This document shows, in pieces, positions 58,390 to 64,000 of a stretch of DNA of 64,000 nt. Both the position numbers and the translations under genes were made by a program. The stretch comes from Psammoneis japonica. Its lineage: Eukaryota. Each line of letters begins with the position of its first letter. Position 1 is the stretch's first letter. The stretch lies in the NCBI GenBank assembly GCA_008632985.1, contig QPGO01000037.1, positions 1 through 64,000 on the forward strand, written 5' to 3'. Under the pieces are notes generated by a model. That model saw nothing but the letters and a program-made list of their open reading frames with translations. It had not been told where the DNA came from and did no database searches.

Positions 58390-58968
58390 CTCTGACATGC
58401 CGATAAAACACATTTTATCTGGTTTATTGCGTGATGGACTTGGGATGAAACAAGTTAGTGACAAGTACTATCGGGCTATCGCTCCTTGTAGGACGGGGGC
58501 ACCAGTTGCGTAGCTGCAAATAATGGACCTCAAAAAAGGCGCTGCATTGCGGGGCAACATGTAGCAACAGTTACTAAAGAGATGTTTTTAAAAGCCTGAA
58601 CACCTGGTGGCCCCAAAAACAAGTTGAAATGTCTGGGTCGAGCGGCAAATTGAATCAGACAGCCGGGAAATACAAAGTGCTCCTGACCCGAGCGCGTTGC
58701 GTTGGTCTTGGATGGCATTAGGTCTAATAGGTCGGTGCCTCCATTGGACGTGTGTGTCCGAAGGGTGTTGTGGTAATTGCTTACTAGGCCTACTAGAGCT
58801 CTAGATAGTAGCTATAACTGATCATTTGACAGGTGCTCACGACTCACGACTTGAATAATAGTTGCACGCCTTTGTTGATTCGTGGTTCAAACGGAAGTCG
58901 TGCCGCGTCCGGTCAGTGATGAACCATTGGTCCGACGGAGCCATTATTTGTCCAAAGCAAATCTCAAC

Positions 58969-59550
58969 ATGGGAAACTCGGCTTTCTTTTCTAATTCGAC
59001 AGAGTGGGCTTCAGGGATGCGCCCAAAGCCAAGGAAGATATTGGTGCTTGGTTTGGACGCGGCAGGGAAAACAACCCTTTTGCATAATCTCAAGCTGGGC
59101 GAACCGGTGACCACAATCCCCACGATCGGATTCACCGTGGAAGAACTCAGAACTCAATCCAACAACATTGTTGCGTGGGAAGTGGGCGATAGAATTGGTT
59201 CTCGACTCTTTGAACGTCACCATTTTAAAGACACGGATGGTGTCGTCTTCGTCGTGGACTCGAACGACCGGGAGCGAATGGATCAAGCGAGAGATCAACT
59301 ACACCAACTTTTCAAGGAAGAAAAATTGCGCGGAGTTCCATTGTTGATCATATGCAACAAGCAAGATTTGCCTGAAGCCATGTCACCCCAAGAGATTCTT
59401 CTGCAGTTGGGGGTTCCCAATGATCAAGATGACTTGGAACGACCCATGCGTGCTCTGGGGTGCGTTGCCAAAACAGGTCAAGGACTACATGATGGCTTGA
59501 TCTGGTTATCTGAAGTCGACAAGATTGTACATGATGACATCTCAAGTTGA
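58969..59550 (+). CDS. Divergent ADP-ribosylation factor (ARF)-family GTPase, possibly an early pseudogene
   Basis: MGN start, [28 protein letters not shown] and NKQDLP. G3 motif degenerate (WEVGDR). Confidence 0.85.
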   Translation: MGNSAFFSNSTEWASGMRPKPRKILVLGLDAAGKTTLLHNLKLGEPVTTIPTIGFTVEELRTQSNNIVAWEVGDRIGSRLFERHHFKDTDGVVFVVDSNDRERMDQARDQLHQLFKEEKLRGVPLLIICNKQDLPEAMSPQEILLQLGVPNDQDDLERPMRALGCVAKTGQGLHDGLIWLSEVDKIVHDDISS

Positions 59551-59882
59551 GTCCAACGAACCCACTTCCTCGTCCGTACTACATCTTGTTGAGCGGGCGA
59601 GGAAATGCGGGGAGTGGGGGAGAAGTGGAGACTCCAGAAACACACACAGAAGGATGCACCCGGCGACACTGAGTTACCCTTCAACAACCCTTTCTGAAAA
59701 TTGAAAATACCCGACATGAGACATGGATTGCGCGAGACTGGAGATATCATGATTGAAGCAACACCTAGACAATTTAAAAAAAAAAAATACAACACACCAC
59801 ACATACGTTCCACTCCATATTCTCGACTCGATTCACACAGTCACACACAAACTATTTGTCCTTGACGACATCATCATCTTCT

Positions 59883-60338
59883 TCATCCATACGTTGCGTA
59901 TCCGTGCCACCCATCTTTTTTGACGCGAATACAGAGATGAGGGACTGGTTGCGTGTGACCACCATACTGACCATGACTAACGTAACGGTGTTCGACCCAT
60001 TCAAAGGCATCTACTTGATAGCCATATGACTCAAGTTGACGATTCATTTTTGGAACCCATTCCTTTTCGAGACGAGCCACCGAAGCTTCAAACATTTGAT
60101 AGCCACAACACGCCTTGGGAACTTCCTCGGCAATGGTTATTGGAAGACCGTGCGGATCAAAAATATCGCCTTCGAGGAGCTGGCGGGGTGTGGTGGCGTT
60201 GGCCCATTCACTCCCTTCGTCGGCACCGCGAAGAATGTACCGGCGAGGACGAAAGCAGGCGCATTCTTCGTAAAGATAAGCAGCAATTACATCTTCTTCA
60301 TTCTTCCAACGTGGAGTGCAAGAGCAGCAACAACCCAT
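59883..60338 (-). CDS. Hypothetical protein with N-terminal MGCCC acylation-like motif
   Basis: 151-aa ORF from ATG 60338 with normal composition. Confidence 0.65.
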   Translation of the reverse strand: MGCCCSCTPRWKNEEDVIAAYLYEECACFRPRRYILRGADEGSEWANATTPRQLLEGDIFDPHGLPITIAEEVPKACCGYQMFEASVARLEKEWVPKMNRQLESYGYQVDAFEWVEHRYVSHGQYGGHTQPVPHLCIRVKKDGWHGYATYG

Positions 60339-60559
60339 AATTCGTGAGAGTAGGGTGTAGGGCAAAGGAAGAAAGAAGACAGAGATGTTATAATGTAAAG
60401 ATTCTCAAATCTGGAATCTGTATCCAAGATCCGAAAAGAAACGAAGCGCGCGAAAATTCGGCGCAAAAACAAGCTAAGGTTACCTGGTGTGTGTGATAAG
60501 TCAGCGCAAATCCGGGCAGACATGCATTGTGTCCCCCAAAGCACGTGCTTGTAGACAAG

Positions 60560-62390
60560 GTCTTTCTGCTTCGTAGGAATGACACCTCCAAATCGAAAAG
60601 TTTTGCCGCCATTTTTGCTGCTGTTGAGAATGTCCTCTTCAGCCAACAGCCCCCAACAATTTGACTCTGCCTTCACAAATTTGACATCTGGGTGCACCAA
60701 CAGGATGCCAGACATTTCACACAAACAAAGAATGAACTCAGGGCAGATGACCACCAGCAAAGAAGGGCTTTTCCATGATGGCAATGACTGGTTTGTGTGT
60801 GCACCACACCGTTGCACACAAATCCACACTTTTCTTTCCAAACATGGCCCTCTTTTTTCCCCAAATGAAGAACTCTGTAAGAAGCCCCAATGATTGTTGC
60901 AGACTTGCAATGGCGTGCACCATTGTCCACAGCAGTGGTGCAGATGAAGCACTGTTGTCAAACTTGCTGTAACTTGGCACACACAACAAAAAAATTGTTT
61001 GGTGAAAATGCATGGTTTTTGACGTTTTTGCAAAAAAAATCTGCAATTGCCCATGACTCACAACTCACGACAAGCAGTTGTGCACTGTTGCTGGCTCTTG
61101 TGGCTCAAACTTCAAAAGCAAGCAGCCATGCAATGCCCAACCAAGCACTTGTCTAACAGAGCTGTTGTTGGTCACAAAAAGCAAATCTCAACGTGGGAAA
61201 CCTGGCCTCCTTTTGCAATTTGAAATGGTGGGCTTCATGGATGCACCAAAAGCTGAGGAAGATGTCAGCACTTGGCTTGGATGCAGAGGCAAAACAAAGC
61301 TTTTGCACAATCTCACAAGCTCAGCAAACTGACAACCACTGTTCCCACAGTTGGACTCACTGTGGAAGAACCACAGAGCTCAATCCAACATCTTTGTCAC
61401 ACAGAAAGTGGGCAACAGAAGCGGGCCTTGGCTCTCTTTGAATTTCACCACCCATCATTGTCACGGAGCACATGGATCAAGCAAGTGACCAACTGCACCA
61501 ACTTTTTGAAGAGAAAGAAAAATTGCATGGAGCTCTGTTGTTGATCATGTGAAACAAGCAAGATTTGCCCAATGTGATGTCACCCAGGAGATTCTTCTGC
61601 AGTTGTTGGGGGTTCCCAATGATCAAGATGTGACTTGAAACGACCCATGCGTGCTGTGGGATGTGTTGCCAAAACAGGCCAAGGACTAGAAAATGGTTTG
61701 ATCTGGTTCTCTGAAGTTGACAAGATTGCACAGGATGATGTCTTAGTGGAGGCCAAACCTCAAGGCAAAGCTGAGTCTGACAAACCCATGTCCTCGTCGG
61801 TGCCACACATTGTCGATCAGCTTGGTTGCAACCCTTCTGACACCAACAAGTGGAGAGTCCTGTCCTCAAGAGTTTCCATCCTGATCAGCAGAGCACCGAA
61901 TGTCCTTTTGCAAAGGCTGTCAAACTCTGGGGCATCATGTCCAAGAAAATGGCAGCCAATGCTGAGGCCTTGTCAGCATTTTCATGTCATGGGTTTTTCG
62001 CTGGTCTGATTTTTGTTTTTGAAATTGTGCACAGGCAAAAACAATGCACGAACACATTTTCCTTTGAGTGGGTTAATTTGTTGGGCAGTTAAATTCTCTA
62101 ATTCACATGAGTGTAAAACACACAACAGTTCATTGAGCCTGTTGTGCTTTCCAATTTCCAAAAGTTTTGAGAACAAAAACGCGTTTTTGCCGTCAGAGTC
62201 AGTGACTGCGTCCGTCACACAGTCACAGAGGAGAGAAACAATGGACAAACGATGTCGCACAAAGACAGACGATGGCTGCGGAGTGTCCAATCTGAAATCT
62301 TTGCTGTTCCATCAAGTTCCATGTTTTGGTCATCGCACATGACATCTGGATGTCGCACAACGGTCGGGATCAAAATCTGCTCAAAACTCT
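60560..62390. other. Block D: TpA- and (in its core) CpG-depleted region containing the ARF duplicate
   Basis: Near absence of TA and CG from about 60620 to 62100; TA-only depletion from 62160 to 62380. Confidence 0.85.
61050..62009 (+). pseudogene. Hypermutated duplicate of the ARF locus (homologous to about 58835-59600) plus a remnant C-terminal extension
   Basis: Colinear matches such as aagcaaatctcaac, aacaagcaagatttgcc, gggggttcccaatgatcaagat and gttgccaaaacagg. Start ATG->GTG, indels and TGA stops. Confidence 0.92.
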
Positions 62391-62472
62391 AAGTTTGCTC
62401 AACCCAAACACGTCCTGCTGTCCCATCAGTTGTTCTTCGTCGTAAGTTTCTCCTGGCGAATCCCCTTGCACA

Positions 62473-63636
62473 ATGGGAAACTGTCTCCAAGTTGTGGAAA
62501 CCAGAAGCATCGAAAGGGCGGCTAGAAAGGTGGAGGGCGCTTTCAACGAGCTCGTTGGAGCGGAGGGTGATAGTTTCAAAATCGCGGTTGCTCGTGAAAA
62601 GTTGAGTTTTGCAAAGCGCGGTTATGAAATCCGCTTGGCAAAACTTGCGGAAAAAGACATTGACATTGCTCAACGGGAGATCGCTAGAGCTGGTAGTGAC
62701 CGTAACAAAGTGGACGCTGCCATGGAAAAGCGGCGACGAGCAGAGAGCAGATACCAGCGCCATATGGCCAACATTGAAACTCTCGAAAGACCTGCCGTTG
62801 ACAACGCTCAAGTGCACGAGCAAATCACACCGAGCCCTTCGATGAGCGCACTGCGCCATTCTACCGACGCATTGAGTCCTCAGCTTCGAAATCCTTGGGC
62901 CATGGAAAATGGATCGTCTACGATCCAGTTTCGCTCAGACAAGAACAAAGATAGGGACCTGCGTGCTCAAGTAGCCAACCACTACCGGTGTAAGAAGAAG
63001 GATACGAAAAACGGAAAGACTGTTGTTTTGGCCAAGTGCTGCATCTCGCAAGTGGTGGGTGATCACAATCAAGCAACAGCGGTGCATCTCCTGCCCCGCC
63101 GAAGCGCCCCGAAGCTTTTGGAGAGTTTTGACATGGATGGTCATCCTGAAGGAATAGACAACTTTCGCAATATTGTCCTTCTGGCAAAGAACATTGAGGC
63201 TGCATTTGATCGACAACGAGTTTGCTTTGTAAAGAATTTTGAGACTGACAAAATTGTACTTGAGATCTTGGACCCCTCGGTTGAGTCAGAGCCGATTTTT
63301 GATGGTGCAACCTCAGCGATTGGAGAATGTAGGGGGAAGCCAATGCAGTTTGCACAGGGCACAGGGCCATACACGCGAGTTCTGTCGTGTCATGCTGCAA
63401 TGAGCCACGCGGTCGCTAAAGAGAACAAGTGGATTCCGTTTGACAAGGATGTTCCGAAAGAATATTTGTGCGGTTCTCCGCTTCGCGAAGATGTAGTCCT
63501 GTGTTTGAAATATGACTTTTCTATGAGCGGCAAGAGTTCAAACGTTTCTGATCTCTCCATTGCCGAAAATGCTGAAACGAAGCCGACAGTGGACAGCACA
63601 CAAAATAGTGCCACTCATTCTAGTGTGCCTGTATAA
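62473..63636 (+). CDS. HNH-endonuclease-like protein (HNH_2/Crinkler-type C-terminal domain) with coiled-coil N-terminus
   Basis: CCISQ......AVHLLPR...IDNFRNIVLLAKNIEAAFDRQRVCF...ILDPS...PYTRVLS.HA. Confidence 0.75.
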   Translation: MGNCLQVVETRSIERAARKVEGAFNELVGAEGDSFKIAVAREKLSFAKRGYEIRLAKLAEKDIDIAQREIARAGSDRNKVDAAMEKRRRAESRYQRHMANIETLERPAVDNAQVHEQITPSPSMSALRHSTDALSPQLRNPWAMENGSSTIQFRSDKNKDRDLRAQVANHYRCKKKDTKNGKTVVLAKCCISQVVGDHNQATAVHLLPRRSAPKLLESFDMDGHPEGIDNFRNIVLLAKNIEAAFDRQRVCFVKNFETDKIVLEILDPSVESEPIFDGATSAIGECRGKPMQFAQGTGPYTRVLSCHAAMSHAVAKENKWIPFDKDVPKEYLCGSPLREDVVLCLKYDFSMSGKSSNVSDLSIAENAETKPTVDSTQNSATHSSVPV

Positions 63637-64000
63637 GAAGTTGGCCGGACCGAACAAGAACCTCATAGGGTGCGGGAATACATATTTTCACATTATTTTG
63701 ACGCACTGAAACCTATCCATGGTTGCGGACTGATGAGAAACTCAGGCGAGACTCAAGTCGGCGAAAAAGTTGTGACTGAAAATTAAAAATACAGTTTAGG
63801 GCCCTAGTGGTGTTCGCTAGAGAGAGTCTACTGATGATTGTAAAAATCTCAAGGGAGCTCTGTAAGTGTCTAAGCAACCCAAGATGCTATGAGAGGGTAA
63901 TTTTAAAAAAGATGAAATACACTCTACGACTAGGTTCCGAAGATACAGATCAACCGTTGTTCGAGAGGTAAAAGAGATGTCTTGTCTCTTGGTATCTGTG

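Noticed and set aside
58495..58742. Possible MITE bounded by gggggcacc / ggtgcctcc
   Set aside because: Only an imperfect 9-bp inverted match and no clear target-site duplication.

Overview
Gene-dense eukaryotic DNA with short GT-AG introns, most likely from a diatom (bipartite plastid-targeting presequences, DUF6824-type proteins, class C GPCR). About 30 host genes are recognisable, including RPL10, HBS1, TadA, a sulfatase, eIF2D, Ku80, riboflavin synthase, DnaJ and an ARF. Several carry single-base frameshifts that look like consensus errors. The most striking feature is four blocks (~20.6-31.1, ~51.2-53.2, ~56.1-57.5 and ~60.6-62.4 kb) of decayed transposons or duplicated DNA in which both CpG and TpA are almost erased and TpG/CpA are enriched. 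A duplicated ARF gene shows the direction: CG->TG/CA and also TA->TG/CA (A:T->G:C at TpA). Surviving TpA sites show a context bias, and TpA loss extends beyond CpG loss into flanking genes. This suggests a targeted, two-component hypermutation (genome-defence) process whose TpA arm runs opposite to fungal RIP. All counts are manual and family assignments are from motif recognition, not database searches.
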